Positions 19,527-30,140 of a DNA stretch of 64,000 nucleotides are shown here, in pieces. Below the pieces are notes generated by a model. It worked only from the letters and a program-made list of their open reading frames with translations. It was not told where the DNA came from and searched no databases. The translations under genes were made by a program, and so were the position numbers. The stretch comes from an uncultured Gemmatimonadales bacterium (GTDB lineage Bacteria; Gemmatimonadota; Gemmatimonadetes; Longimicrobiales; RSA9): positions 320,001-384,000 of the forward strand of contig CAWCUS010000001.1 in NCBI GenBank assembly GCA_963798845.1, read 5' to 3'. The number at the start of each line of letters is the position of its first letter. Position 1 is the first letter of the stretch.

Positions 19527-21286
19527 GTCCCCCCAGGTATGCCGGCGGCGTTTGCGGCGGCCCGATCGCGAACCTCGTCCTGGCGATCCTGGACTGCCTT
19601 CTCTGCCGGGCTGGAACGGAACGTCAGCCACACGTTGTCGAAGCCCATGAGATCGACCACGCTCCGCCCGGCCGCGTCATCGTAGCGGACGCTTACGGTG
19701 TCGCCGGGGCGGGTCAGGGGGAGCTCGACGGAGAGGTCGCTGGCGCCCGCGAAGACGCGGTCCTCCAGGCCCTCGAGGACCAGGTAGTACGTGGTCTCTC
19801 CGCGCCGGGTGTCCGCGGAGATGCGCAGCACCGGGGCCGTGGCGGCGGCGAGGTCCATGTCCAGGTCGGCCGCCACCACGTTTCCGCGGCTGGTGAGGCG
19901 CCGCCGGTACTGGCGCATGGCGTCGGCCACGGTCTCTCCGACGCCCACGATCTGATAGTTCTGCTGCGACACCCAGGCGTACGCCTTGGCGAGCCCCTTG
20001 TTGTCCTTCAGGATGACGAAGAACGCAGGTTGCCCGGACACGTTGTAGGGGATCGGGAATCCGGCGCGGTAGCCGGCGTTCTGCACTGCCCCCTCGGCCG
20101 ACCCGCTGGCCGCCTCCTCGGTGGCGCCGGCCTGGTGGTAGAGGCGAGTCTCCTTGGTGCGGGTGTCCACGAGGGTGAAACCGATGGTGCCCTCGTCGGA
20201 GCCGACGGAAGTCATCCCCGTGTACCAGTAGCTGCGGCCGTCGTCACCGTAGACGAGCGCTGTGCCGTTCGTCGGCATGACCTGGTCCATCTCGCTCGGG
20301 TTCCACCATCCGTTGACGAGGCGGCCCCAGAGGGTCAGCTGGGAGCGGACGAAGGGCTCCGGCTGGATCCGGTCGATCCACGCCGGGGCGTCGGCGGCGT
20401 CGTAGTCCTCGATGGCGCCGGTCTGGGCGTCGACCACGACCACGCCCGTGGCGTCGTCTCCGGCGAAGCCCACGCGCTTGGCGTAGCGGGTGACCACGTA
20501 GTACGGGCGCCCGGCGTCATCGATCTCGAAGGTGTAATCGGTCAGGCCCCGGGACGTGTAGCCATGCCCGTACAGGTAGCGGCGCAGGTCGCTGCCGAAC
20601 CAGTTCCCGCCGTTGTAGAGCAGATGGATCGGCTGCCCATCCAGCCGCTGGACCATGCGGGTGTCGCGGTCGTCCGTGGCGCTCACCATGATGTAGCCGG
20701 GCGTCCCCTGCTTGCGGAACTTGAGCCACTTGAACAGCCCCGAGTGGTTGAGCGGGGCCACCCAGTACAGGCGGCCGTTCACCTGCTGGATGTTCAGCGC
20801 CCCCACGGTCACCCGGCTGCCGAGCGCCGGATCCTCGCCCAGCAGCTTGTCCGCCAGCCTCCCTGCGAGCGGCTCGTCCACCGTGCGCACCTGGGACGGG
20901 TCCACCGGCGATGTGTCCGCGGAGTAGCTCGCCGCCTTCACCTCCCCGATCAGACCGTGATAGCGGGCCGCGTGGAGCCCGACCCACGTGGTGGCCACGG
21001 CGACGCCGAGTCCGACGACACAGATCCCAGCGAGCGCCGCGGGCCCGATCCAGCGAGGCCGCCCGGCGCTGCGCATCCGGACCAGCTCCGCGAGGAACAC
21101 GATGAAGGTCGTGACCAGGAAGGGCCCTGCCAGGTCGGGGAAGCCCCAGGCCAGGGTGGGAGTGAAGGCGTACGCAATCGTCGCCGCCGCGACGCCGCTC
21201 AGGGCAGTGGCGCCGGGGCGCCGCGTCGCGGCGAAGGCGATCGCCGCGAAAACCAGCCCGATCAGCAGGAACGTCATCGTTCGCAC
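19523..21286 (-). CDS. Conserved hypothetical membrane-anchored protein (4 N-terminal TMs, large soluble domain, OB-like C-terminus)
   Basis: 587-aa ORF with motifs YWVAPL, FEIDDAGRPYYVV, APAWIDRIQP, WYTGMTSVGSD, FTLVDTRT, LPLTRPGDTV. ATGA overlap with GH47. Start may be 21277. Confidence 0.8.
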   Translation of the reverse strand: MRTMTFLLIGLVFAAIAFAATRRPGATALSGVAAATIAYAFTPTLAWGFPDLAGPFLVTTFIVFLAELVRMRSAGRPRWIGPAALAGICVVGLGVAVATTWVGLHAARYHGLIGEVKAASYSADTSPVDPSQVRTVDEPLAGRLADKLLGEDPALGSRVTVGALNIQQVNGRLYWVAPLNHSGLFKWLKFRKQGTPGYIMVSATDDRDTRMVQRLDGQPIHLLYNGGNWFGSDLRRYLYGHGYTSRGLTDYTFEIDDAGRPYYVVTRYAKRVGFAGDDATGVVVVDAQTGAIEDYDAADAPAWIDRIQPEPFVRSQLTLWGRLVNGWWNPSEMDQVMPTNGTALVYGDDGRSYWYTGMTSVGSDEGTIGFTLVDTRTKETRLYHQAGATEEAASGSAEGAVQNAGYRAGFPIPYNVSGQPAFFVILKDNKGLAKAYAWVSQQNYQIVGVGETVADAMRQYRRRLTSRGNVVAADLDMDLAAATAPVLRISADTRRGETTYYLVLEGLEDRVFAGASDLSVELPLTRPGDTVSVRYDDAAGRSVVDLMGFDNVWLTFRSSPAEKAVQDRQDEVRDRAAANAAGIPGGT

Positions 21287-21513
21287 CTCGTGATCCGTGT
21301 GGGTCGAGCGTCCAACCTACTGCGGGGGCGGGCGGTCCCGAAACGCCCCATGGTTCGGGTACGCCCCGCGGCGCGCCCGGCTTCAGGGGTGGCGCGACTG
21401 CCGCGCGGCGAAACCTGCACGGCCGCATCCCCGTAGGGCTCGCAACGAAACGCGGACGGGGTCTGTCCAAGGTCGTGCCCGCGATCAGCCGCACCCGCTC
21501 CAGCCAGGGCAGC

Positions 21514-24027
21514 ATGGCCGACCTGAAGCTCGCCTTCCGTACGCTCAGGAAGACCCCGTTCATCACGGGCGTCGCGATCCTCTCCCTCGCACTCGGCATC
21601 GGGGCCAACGCTGCCATCTTCTCCCTCTTCAACCAGATGATCCTGGCGTCGCTCCCGGTGCGCGATCCCGGACGGCTGGTGAACCTGGGGGCGCCCGGTC
21701 CGAAGCCGGGATCGCAGTCGTGCGGACAGGCTGGAAGCTGCGACCTGGTCTTCAGCTATCCGATGTTCCGCGACCTCCAGCGGGAGCAGAGCACGCTCAC
21801 GGGGATCGCCGCGCACCGTCCGTTCATGGCCAACCTGGCGCTGGCGGACCAGACCGTGGACGGGCAGGGGATGCTGGTGTCCGGGTCGTACTTCGACGTG
21901 CTCGGGCTGCGGCCTTCCCTCGGGCGGCTGCTGACGCCTTCGGACGACGAGAAGGTCGGGGCCAATTACGTCGCCGTGCTCAGCCACCGGTTCTGGGAGA
22001 ACCGGTTCGGCGCCGACCCCTCCATCCTCAACCAGACCATCCAGGTGAACGGCAACGCCATGACGATCGTCGGCGTCGCCCCGGCTGGCTTCGACGGGAC
22101 CACCCTCGGCCGGCAACCCGACGTGTTCGTGCCGCTCACGATGCGCGCACAGGTCGAGCCCGCGTTCGCCAGCATGGCCGGGTTCGACGACCGCCGCACC
22201 TACTACGCATACCTGTTCGGACGGCTGAAGCCCGGAGCCTCGGTCGAACAGGCGAGCGCCGACCTGAACCGCATCTACCACAACATCATCACGGAGGTCG
22301 AGACGCCGCTCCAGACGGGCATGAGCGATGACGCGATGGCCCGGTTCCGCGCGAAGGAGATCAGCGTGGACGACGGCCGGCGTGGGCAGAGCTCGATCCA
22401 CGAGGAGACCCGCACACCGCTCCTCATGCTGCTCGGGATCACGGCCATCGTGCTGCTCATCGCGTGCGCCAACATCGCCAACCTCCTCCTCGCCCGCGCG
22501 GCCGCGCGGACGCAGGAGATGGCGGTGCGCGGCTCGCTCGGAGCCACCCGGGGCCAGCTGCTGCGGCAGCTGATGATCGAGTCGCTCCTCCTGGCCGTTC
22601 TCGGCGGGTTGGCCAGCCTGGTCGTCGCCCGCGCCACCCTGGCCGTCATCGGCTCCCTCCTGCCCGCCGACGCGATCCCCGGGCTGCGGCTCGAGCTGAG
22701 CACCGGCGTCGCGCTCTTCGCCGCCGCCCTCACCATGGGCACCGGGATCCTCTTCGGCCTCTTCCCCGCGCTCCACGCCACCCGCCACGACCTGGCGGGC
22801 ACGCTGCGGGCAATCTCCGGCCAGCCCGCGGGTGCGCGGGGCGCCGCCCGGTTCCGCACCTCGCTGGTGACGGGGCAGATCGCGCTTTCCATGGCGCTCA
22901 TGGTGGCCGCCGGTCTCTTCATCCGGAGCCTGGTGAACGTGAGCCGGGTGGACCTGGGGCTGCGCGCCGATCACGTGGTGACGTTCGCTATCGCACCGGC
23001 GCTGAACGGCTACCCGCCGGAGCGCAGCGGAGCGCTCTTCGCCCGCGTCGAAGAGGAGCTGGCGGCCATCCCGGGGGTGCGCAGCGTCAGCAGCGCAATG
23101 GTCCCCCTCCTGGCAGGAAGCAGCTGGGGCAACAGCGTGTCCGTGGAGGGCTTCCAGTGGGGGCCGGACGTCGATACCGGGTCTCGCTTCAACGAGGTGG
23201 GCCCCGGCTACTTCAGGACGCTGGGCATCGCGCTCATCGGCGGTCGCGAGTTCGGCGCCACCGACGCGGCCGGTACCGCACCGGTGGCCATCGTGAACGA
23301 GGCCTTCGCCCGGAAGTTCGGCCTGGAGCCCCGGGAAGCCGTGGGGAAGTGGATGGGCACGGGGAGCGGTCCGGAGGTCGAGCTCGACGTGCAGATCGTG
23401 GGCGTCGTGGAGGACGCCAAGTACAGCGACGTCAAGGACGAAGCGCCGCCCGTCTACTTCACGCCGTACCGCCAGGACGATCGCCTGGGCTTCCTCACCT
23501 TCTACCTGAGCACCAGCGGCGACCCGGCCCCCGTGCTCCGCGCCGTGCCCGGGGTGATGAAGCGGATCGATCCGACACTACCGGTGGAGGAGCTGAAGAC
23601 GCTCCAGCAGCAGGTCCGCGAAAACACGTTCGGCGACCGCGTCATCGGCACCCTCGCGGCCGCCTTCGCGCTTCTCGCCACGCTCCTCGCCGCGGTCGGG
23701 CTGTACGGCGTGTTGACCTACACTGTGGCCCAGCGCACGCGCGAGATCGGGCTGCGGATGGCGCTGGGCGCGCACGGCGGGCGCCTCCGCCGGATGGTGC
23801 TTCGCCAGGTCACCGGGATGTTCATCGTCGGCGGCGTGCTGGGGCTGGTCGGCGCCTTCGGCCTGGGGAAAGCCGCGTCCTCGCTGCTCTACGGCCTGAC
23901 GGGCACGGACCCGCTCGTGATGATCGGCGCGACCGCGCTCCTCGGCCTGGTGGCGTTCGGCGCCGGCTACATCCCAGCTCTGCGGGCGTCGCGGGTCGAC
24001 CCCATGAAGGCGCTGCGATACGAGTAG
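21514..24027 (+). CDS. Duplicated MacB/FtsX-type ABC permease (ADOP family)
   Basis: DLKLAFRTLRKTPF..LSLALGIGANAAIFS, FSYPMFRDL, LLIACANIANLLLAR, EMAVRGSLGA, QRTREIGLRMALGA, PALRASRVDPMKALRYE. Confidence 0.93.
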   Translation: MADLKLAFRTLRKTPFITGVAILSLALGIGANAAIFSLFNQMILASLPVRDPGRLVNLGAPGPKPGSQSCGQAGSCDLVFSYPMFRDLQREQSTLTGIAAHRPFMANLALADQTVDGQGMLVSGSYFDVLGLRPSLGRLLTPSDDEKVGANYVAVLSHRFWENRFGADPSILNQTIQVNGNAMTIVGVAPAGFDGTTLGRQPDVFVPLTMRAQVEPAFASMAGFDDRRTYYAYLFGRLKPGASVEQASADLNRIYHNIITEVETPLQTGMSDDAMARFRAKEISVDDGRRGQSSIHEETRTPLLMLLGITAIVLLIACANIANLLLARAAARTQEMAVRGSLGATRGQLLRQLMIESLLLAVLGGLASLVVARATLAVIGSLLPADAIPGLRLELSTGVALFAAALTMGTGILFGLFPALHATRHDLAGTLRAISGQPAGARGAARFRTSLVTGQIALSMALMVAAGLFIRSLVNVSRVDLGLRADHVVTFAIAPALNGYPPERSGALFARVEEELAAIPGVRSVSSAMVPLLAGSSWGNSVSVEGFQWGPDVDTGSRFNEVGPGYFRTLGIALIGGREFGATDAAGTAPVAIVNEAFARKFGLEPREAVGKWMGTGSGPEVELDVQIVGVVEDAKYSDVKDEAPPVYFTPYRQDDRLGFLTFYLSTSGDPAPVLRAVPGVMKRIDPTLPVEELKTLQQQVRENTFGDRVIGTLAAAFALLATLLAAVGLYGVLTYTVAQRTREIGLRMALGAHGGRLRRMVLRQVTGMFIVGGVLGLVGAFGLGKAASSLLYGLTGTDPLVMIGATALLGLVAFGAGYIPALRASRVDPMKALRYE

Positions 24028-24090
24028 CGCCCGGGGGATCGAGACGGGTCCGGCCCGATCCCCCTCGGCCGCCCGCCCGCGGCGCGCCGC

Positions 24091-26037
24091 TTACGCCCCG
24101 TACTGCGCCTTGAGCCGCTCCACCACGGCCGGATCCGCCAGCGTCGTCGTGTCGCCGATGGTTCGGCCTTCGGCAATGTCCTTCAGGAGGCGCCGCATGA
24201 TCTTCCCCGACCGGGTCTTGGGCAGCTCGGCGGCGAAGATTATGGTGGCAGGGCGCGCGATGGAGCCGATCTTGTCGGCGACGTGCTCGGCCAGGTCTTC
24301 CTTGAGCGTTTCGTCGACGTGCACACCCTCCTTCAACGTGACGAACGCCGCGATCGCCTGCCCTTTCAGCTCGTCCGCCTTTCCCACCACGGCGGCCTCC
24401 GCCACCGCCGGGTGGTCGACCAGGGCGCTCTCCACCTCCATGGTGCCGATGCGGTGGCCGGCCACGTTGAGGACGTCGTCCACACGACCCAGAATCCAGA
24501 AGTAGCCATCCTCGTCCTTCTTGGCCCCGTCGCCGGGGAAGTACCTGTCGTCCCACTTCGACCAGTAGGTCTGCTGGAAGCGCTCGTCGTCACCCCAGAT
24601 GGTCCGGAGCATCCCTGGCCAGGGCCGGGTGATCGCCAGGTAGCCGGCGGAGGCCGGGTCGCCCTCGTTCGTGAGGACATCCGCGCTGATCCCGGGGAAC
24701 GGCACCGTGGCGCTTCCGGGCTTTGTCGCCGTGATCCCCGGAAGCGGCGTGATCATGATCCCTCCCGTCTCCGTCTGCCACCACGTGTCCACGATGGGCG
24801 TCTTCTCCTTGCCGATGTGCTCGTGGTACCACATCCACGCTTCGGGGTTGATGGGCTCGCCCACCGTTCCGAGCAGGCGGAGGGAGGAGAGATCGTACCC
24901 GTCGGGCCAGGCGACGCCCCAGCGCATGAACGCCCGGATGGCGGTGGGCGCCGTGTAGAAGATGGTGATCCCGTACTTCTGGACGAGCTTCCAGAAGCGG
25001 CCGCGGTCCGGCCAGTCCGGCGCTCCTTCGTACATGAACACGGTCGCACCGTTGGCCAGCGGGCCGTACACGATGTAGCTGTGCCCCGTCACCCAGCCCA
25101 CGTCGGCGGTGCACCAGTACATGTCGCTGTCCTTCAGGTCGAACACGAGCCGGGTCGTGGCCGCCACGTGCGTCAGGTAGCCGCCCGTGGTATGCACCAC
25201 CCCCTTCGGCTTCCCCGTGGTCCCGGACGTGTAGAGGATGTAGAGGATGTCCTCGGCGTCCATCGGCTCCGCCGCGCACGCGGGCGAGCTGTCCTGCATG
25301 AGCTCGTGGTACCAGTGGTCCCGGTTCGGCTTCATCTTGATCTGCGGCTCCTGTGCGATCAGCCGCCGACGCACCACCACCACGTTCTCGATGCTCGGCG
25401 TCTCCGCCAGGGCACGGTCCGCCGTGTCCTTCAGCGGGATCACCTGGCCGCGCCGGTAGCCGCCGTCCGCCGTGATCAGGAGCTTCGCTTCCGCGTCGAC
25501 GATCCGGTCGCGCAGGCTGTCCGCGCTGAACCCCCCGAAGACCACCGAGTGGATCGCGCCGATGCGGGCACACGCCAGCATGGCGATGGCCGCCTCCGGG
25601 ATCATCGGCAGGTATATGGCGACGCGGTCGCCCTTCGCCACGCCGAACCCCTTCAGCACGTTCGCGAACTTCCCCACCTCACGATGCAGGTCCCAGTACG
25701 TGTACGTCCGCTGATCCCCGGGCTCCCCCTCCCACACCAGCGCAGCCTTGTTCCGGCGGGCGCCCTCCAGGTGACGGTCGAGGCAGTTGTGCGCCACGTT
25801 GAGCTTCCCGCCCGTGAACCACTTCGCGTGCGGCGGATCCCACTCGAGCACCGTGTCCCACGGCTCGAACCAGTCCAGCTGCCGCGCCCATTCGGCCCAG
25901 AACTCCTCGGGATCGGACGACGCACGCTCGTACACGGACGCGTCGCCCGCATGCGCGTGCGACCGGAACGCCTCCGGCGGCTCGAATGTCCTGGACTCCT
26001 CCAGCAGCGCTTCCAGCGTGTGCTCGTCCGTCGCCAT
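24091..26037 (-). CDS. acs: Acetyl-CoA synthetase (AMP-forming)
   Basis: [76 protein letters not shown] before ATG at 26037. Confidence 0.97.
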   Translation of the reverse strand: MATDEHTLEALLEESRTFEPPEAFRSHAHAGDASVYERASSDPEEFWAEWARQLDWFEPWDTVLEWDPPHAKWFTGGKLNVAHNCLDRHLEGARRNKAALVWEGEPGDQRTYTYWDLHREVGKFANVLKGFGVAKGDRVAIYLPMIPEAAIAMLACARIGAIHSVVFGGFSADSLRDRIVDAEAKLLITADGGYRRGQVIPLKDTADRALAETPSIENVVVVRRRLIAQEPQIKMKPNRDHWYHELMQDSSPACAAEPMDAEDILYILYTSGTTGKPKGVVHTTGGYLTHVAATTRLVFDLKDSDMYWCTADVGWVTGHSYIVYGPLANGATVFMYEGAPDWPDRGRFWKLVQKYGITIFYTAPTAIRAFMRWGVAWPDGYDLSSLRLLGTVGEPINPEAWMWYHEHIGKEKTPIVDTWWQTETGGIMITPLPGITATKPGSATVPFPGISADVLTNEGDPASAGYLAITRPWPGMLRTIWGDDERFQQTYWSKWDDRYFPGDGAKKDEDGYFWILGRVDDVLNVAGHRIGTMEVESALVDHPAVAEAAVVGKADELKGQAIAAFVTLKEGVHVDETLKEDLAEHVADKIGSIARPATIIFAAELPKTRSGKIMRRLLKDIAEGRTIGDTTTLADPAVVERLKAQYGA

Positions 26038-26272
26038 GCAGCCTCCTGATCGCTCGGGTTTTCCCACTTCCTGCTCCACAACCTAGGCCCACCGAAGTCT
26101 CCCCGACAAACTCCGGGCCAGCGACTCCGCCGCAGCGGGACCTAAAGGTGCATCCAGCGGTTGTCCGAATCCCCGCACGCGGCTACCTTTCCATTTTCCG
26201 CCGGCTTTGGCCGGACCGTGAAGACGGGAGAGGTGGAGCTGCGTCCACGCCCCAGCAACACCGATGTGCGAA

Positions 26273-26680
26273 ATGCCAAGAAAGCCGACGAAGAAGCTGA
26301 ACAAGAAACAGCTCGAGCACCTCCAGAAGAGGCTGCTGCGGGAGCGTGAGCGTGCGCTCCGGTCCCTCGGCCGCTACGACGAACTGGCCAAGTTGTCCGC
26401 GGAGCAGGCGGACTCCGACCTTTATTCCTACTCCGATCACATGGCCGACCTGGGCACGGACGCCATGGAGCGGGAGAAGATGCTGCTCTTCGCCAGCAAG
26501 GAAGGGCGCTACCTCTACCGAATCGAGGACGCCCTCCGGAGGCTGTACAAGGAGCCGGAGAATTTCGGGTTCTGTCACACGTGCGGCAACCTCATCGATT
26601 TCGATCGGCTGGATGCGCTGCCGCACGCGCGCTACTGCATAGACTGCAAGCGCAAGGAGGAGGAAGCGGACGCGGCCTGA
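26273..26680 (+). CDS. TraR/DksA C4-type zinc finger protein
   Basis: Coiled coil with HMADLGTD tip, IEDALRRL, GFCHTCG.LIDFDRLDALPHARYCIDC. Confidence 0.9.
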   Translation: MPRKPTKKLNKKQLEHLQKRLLRERERALRSLGRYDELAKLSAEQADSDLYSYSDHMADLGTDAMEREKMLLFASKEGRYLYRIEDALRRLYKEPENFGFCHTCGNLIDFDRLDALPHARYCIDCKRKEEEADAA

Positions 26681-26702
26681 GCGGTCGGCTCCTCCCTCTC
26701 AG

Positions 26703-26738
26703 AGCGGCCCCGCCTCCCTTCTCGGAGGCGGGGCCGCT
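26703..26738. terminator. Perfect 15-bp hairpin between convergent genes
   Basis: agcggccccgcctcc-cttctc-ggaggcggggccgct; U-tract is weak. Confidence 0.6.
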
Positions 26739-26775
26739 TGGCATCGGGGGACGCTCGGTGGTGGGCGCCCGCCCT

Positions 26776-26801
26776 TCCCGGTGATCCCGGTGATCCCGGT
26801 G
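26776..26801. repeat. 9-bp tandem repeat (tcccggtga) x~3
   Basis: tcccggtga tcccggtga tcccggtg in the convergent spacer. Confidence 0.7.
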
Positions 26802-26811
26802 GGTGATGCCC

Positions 26812-29616
26812 TCAGTGCCCATCCGCGACTGCGGCGGCCCCCGTGTCGGGCTTGGGATCGAGCCCGAGGCCAAGGTCATTCCAGTTCAGGATGGCGTTCC
26901 AGAGGAAGCCGAAATCCACGAAATTCTGGAAGCGCTGGATCGGGTTGAAGCCGAAGAGGACGTAGTTCCCCTTGCCGACCGGGAGCGTGATGAGCGCGGG
27001 CTTGTCGGCCAGCTCTCCGGGGTTCTGAACGAGTCCGGACAGGAACAGCTGCTTGGCCGGCGCGTACTGGACGACCACGTTCTTCTCGTGGTCGTCATCC
27101 ACGACGAGGTACGGTCCGAAGCGGTGGTGCAGCGTCACATCGCTGCCGTAGCCGTACGTGAGCGGGCTCGCCGGCTGCTCCACACGTCCCTGCACCAGCG
27201 AGCCGGGAACGAACAGCCCGGGAGGGGAGGTGGTGGAGATGCCCCGGACGAGTCCCATGTCGATGGGGAGCGTGGCGGCGGAGCGAAGTCCGATGAACGT
27301 GCCGCCCTCGTCCACGAAGTCGCGCAACGCAATCAGCCCTTCGTAGCCGATCCCTCCGGTCATGTCGGCTGTGGCGTCGGGGTACCCGAGGGAAGGGTGG
27401 TCGCTCGAGCTCTGGTACGGGAGCGGCCCATCCTTCGGGTCGATTCCCGCGAAGATCGCCCTGCCGTCCCCGCCCTGGTCGGGGAAGACGATGACGTCGT
27501 AGCGCTTCTTCAGGTCCTTCGACGCCCGCAGGCGATCGACGCCCACGTAGGCGTACGGGATACCGAACGTGTCGAACGCGTAGCGGACCCACCCCTCCTG
27601 CTGCGTCGACCGCCAGGAGTGCAGGAGCATGATGCGCGGGAGATCGAGCGCATGACGCCGAACGCCGGCCAGCACACTGTCCGGCGCGCCAAGCACATCG
27701 GCGCCGAAGCGTCGGGCGAGCTCCTGCATGCGCGCGGCATCGGCGTCGCGGCTGCGCACGAGCCAGGCGCCGGCCGGAATCTCGGTCGAATCCAGTGCCA
27801 CGGGCGCTTCCAGGACCTCCACGCGGGTGCGCCCGAGCCAGACACGGGCGGGGAGGGAGTAGGCAGAGAGGTCCGGCTTGACCAGCCACCAGTCCGGCCG
27901 CGTGCCGAGCACGGTCCCGGGCGCCGCGACCTCGTCGCCCGACGTCATCGCCATCTGCTGGATCGCCGGGTCGTCCACCGCCTCGACCGTCACGTCGAAC
28001 ATGAGCGGGAACGTCCAAGCCACGTCATCGTACGGCCGCGGCGCGTCCGCCGGGAAATGCTGCACCTGCATGAGGGTGAGGATGAAATTGCGGTAGGGCT
28101 GGTCCATGCGAACCACCCAGTCGCCGGGATGGACCACTACCGTGTCCGTCGCCGCGAACGTGTCCGCGGCGGCTGCACGCGATACCTCGATCCCCTGCCG
28201 GCGCAGGAGGTCGAGCATGTAGGTCATGTTGGCGCGGTGAGGCTGGGCAGCCGGCACCACGTACGCGTACGGCTTCTCCGTGCGCCCCTTGTTCAGCGAG
28301 TTGGATGCCTTCGTCCAGTACTGCCGGAGGATCTGAGAGCGGTTCCTGGCCGACAGCGAAAGCGCCGCCAGCAGCCCCGTCTCCATGTAGTTCGTGTTGT
28401 TGCGCAGCGACCAGAGCGTGGTGTCCCGCGGCGGGAGCGGCCGGTACCACTCCACGTCCGTAGCCGAGGAGCGCAGCGTCCGCTCGCGCGTCCACGGGAC
28501 CATGTTGCCGAACGTCTCGTAGAAACGCCCGGTGGCGTTGCGTGTGTTCGTCACCCACAGCAGGTAGGTGGGGTTCCAGCCGTCGTAGAACCCGTGCGTC
28601 CAGACGCCCGGCATCCCCAGCGCCGTGAGCGAAGTCACCTCATAGTTTGCGAACCACTGCCACTCGCCGATCGTGACCGGGTCGACCGTCGCGTTGTACG
28701 GCCCTGTCCCCGTGGACGTGTACAGGTACGGCACCGACTCGTGCAGATCGTGACCCAGCGGATAGCGCCAGTCCAGGAAGAGATCCACCAGCTCCTGCGT
28801 CAGCCGCGCCGACAGCTGCAAGCCGTCCCGGTTGTTGTCGTGCATGATGTACTTGCCCCAGTACGGCGGCCCGCGGAACGCCTTCGTCGTGTCGGCCGTC
28901 GGGTAATTCACCCGGATCCAGTCCACCACCCGGTCCCGTCCGTCCGGCTCCGCGACCGGCGTGATGAACACCACCACACTGTCGCGGATCGTCCTGATCA
29001 TCGGGTCGTCCGACACCGCGAGCCGGTACGCGAGCTCCATCGTCATCTCCGGCGGCCCCGTCTCGGTGGAGTGGAGCCCGCCCGTCATCGCGTAGACCAC
29101 CGGCAGCGTGGCAATGAGACTGTCCGCCTCCGCCGGGGACGTGCCACGCGGGTCCGCCAGAGACCGCAGCCCCGCCTTCACCGCGTCCAGCCGGGCCAGG
29201 TTCGCCTCGCTCCCGATCATCGCGACCGCCAGCCGGCGCCCCTCCTCCGTCGCGCCGAGCAGCATCCAGCGCACCCGTGGCGACGCGTCCGCCAGCGCGG
29301 AAAAGTACCCGTAGATCTCGTCCACCTTGTGCAACACCCCCGGTTGCCCGATGGCGTGACCGAAGTGGTCGCTCGGCGACGGCACAGCGGCGGCGTCCGG
29401 CAGATAATCGACCCACGCGCTCGTGTATTCCGGCATCGTGGTCCACGAACGGACCTCGCGCGTGGCTTCCGCCTCGATCGGCTGACCCCACGGCGTGGCG
29501 GCAGGGATCGCGATCGTGTCCGCCCAGCGGAACGTCTGCGGCGGCTCGGGCGCTTCCTGCGCCTGCAGCGGATGGGCGAAGGCTACGACCAGAGCCAGGA
29601 CGGCAGCGTTGCGCAT
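26812..29616 (-). CDS. M14-family zinc carboxypeptidase, secreted, multi-domain
   Basis: Signal peptide ending LQA, G.TEEGR, GGLHSTE, EPDGRD, HDNNRD, HDLHE, YDDVAWT, C-terminal GATase-like domain (YDVIVFPDQ; DFVDEGGTFI). Confidence 0.9.
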   Translation of the reverse strand: MRNAAVLALVVAFAHPLQAQEAPEPPQTFRWADTIAIPAATPWGQPIEAEATREVRSWTTMPEYTSAWVDYLPDAAAVPSPSDHFGHAIGQPGVLHKVDEIYGYFSALADASPRVRWMLLGATEEGRRLAVAMIGSEANLARLDAVKAGLRSLADPRGTSPAEADSLIATLPVVYAMTGGLHSTETGPPEMTMELAYRLAVSDDPMIRTIRDSVVVFITPVAEPDGRDRVVDWIRVNYPTADTTKAFRGPPYWGKYIMHDNNRDGLQLSARLTQELVDLFLDWRYPLGHDLHESVPYLYTSTGTGPYNATVDPVTIGEWQWFANYEVTSLTALGMPGVWTHGFYDGWNPTYLLWVTNTRNATGRFYETFGNMVPWTRERTLRSSATDVEWYRPLPPRDTTLWSLRNNTNYMETGLLAALSLSARNRSQILRQYWTKASNSLNKGRTEKPYAYVVPAAQPHRANMTYMLDLLRRQGIEVSRAAAADTFAATDTVVVHPGDWVVRMDQPYRNFILTLMQVQHFPADAPRPYDDVAWTFPLMFDVTVEAVDDPAIQQMAMTSGDEVAAPGTVLGTRPDWWLVKPDLSAYSLPARVWLGRTRVEVLEAPVALDSTEIPAGAWLVRSRDADAARMQELARRFGADVLGAPDSVLAGVRRHALDLPRIMLLHSWRSTQQEGWVRYAFDTFGIPYAYVGVDRLRASKDLKKRYDVIVFPDQGGDGRAIFAGIDPKDGPLPYQSSSDHPSLGYPDATADMTGGIGYEGLIALRDFVDEGGTFIGLRSAATLPIDMGLVRGISTTSPPGLFVPGSLVQGRVEQPASPLTYGYGSDVTLHHRFGPYLVVDDDHEKNVVVQYAPAKQLFLSGLVQNPGELADKPALITLPVGKGNYVLFGFNPIQRFQNFVDFGFLWNAILNWNDLGLGLDPKPDTGAAAVADGH

Positions 29617-29706
29617 GGCGCGTCTCCATTTCGGGGTGTGGCCGGCATCATGCGCGCCCCCGGCCGCGCGCGCAACTCGGGGGGCGGAGCGTGCGACAAC
29701 GTCCTC

Positions 29707-30054
29707 TCAGGCCCGCGCCTCCGCCACCAGCACAGGCAATTCACGCACGAATGCGCCCCGCGGCATCACCCGGTGCGCGCCAGCGCCCTCCGCGGCCGCG
29801 AGCGCCGCCTCGTTTACGTGCGGCCCGAACGCCACTACCCGCGCCGACGGGGCACGCTCCCGGACCTGCTCTATCGCCGCCACCGCCTCCCGCGCCTGCA
29901 TGTCGACGAGCACCAGACGCGTGCCCCCTCCCACGTTCGCGAGCAACCCTTTCAGCGACTGCACCGCCGCGGCGCCGGGCGCAACGCTCCGGATCCTCGC
30001 CGCGAACATCAGGTCCGCCGTGAGTGCAGCCACGGCCGGTCCGTCGTTTTGCAT
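29707..30054 (-). CDS. Atypical receiver-like (CheY-fold) small protein
   Basis: ADLMFAARI, LVLVDM, VVAFGPHV..A..AGA..VMPRGAF. Confidence 0.7.
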   Translation of the reverse strand: MQNDGPAVAALTADLMFAARIRSVAPGAAAVQSLKGLLANVGGGTRLVLVDMQAREAVAAIEQVRERAPSARVVAFGPHVNEAALAAAEGAGAHRVMPRGAFVRELPVLVAEARA

Positions 30055-30092
30055 GTCTTTGTCGTTCAACGTTTTGTGTCCTTTCCGGGAGG

Positions 30093-30133
30093 AATAATCA
30101 CTATTGACAGGGCCGAGATAGGCCGGTTACGTT
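30093..30133 (+). promoter_or_regulatory. TTGACA-N18-TACGTT promoter with Fur/PerR-box-like AATAATCACTATT abutting the -35
   Basis: -35 at 30104-30109, -10 at 30128-30133, ATG 7 nt later. The palindromic AT box at 30093-30105 matches GATAATCATTATC at 10/13 positions. Confidence 0.55.
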
Positions 30134-30140
30134 ACGCTCG

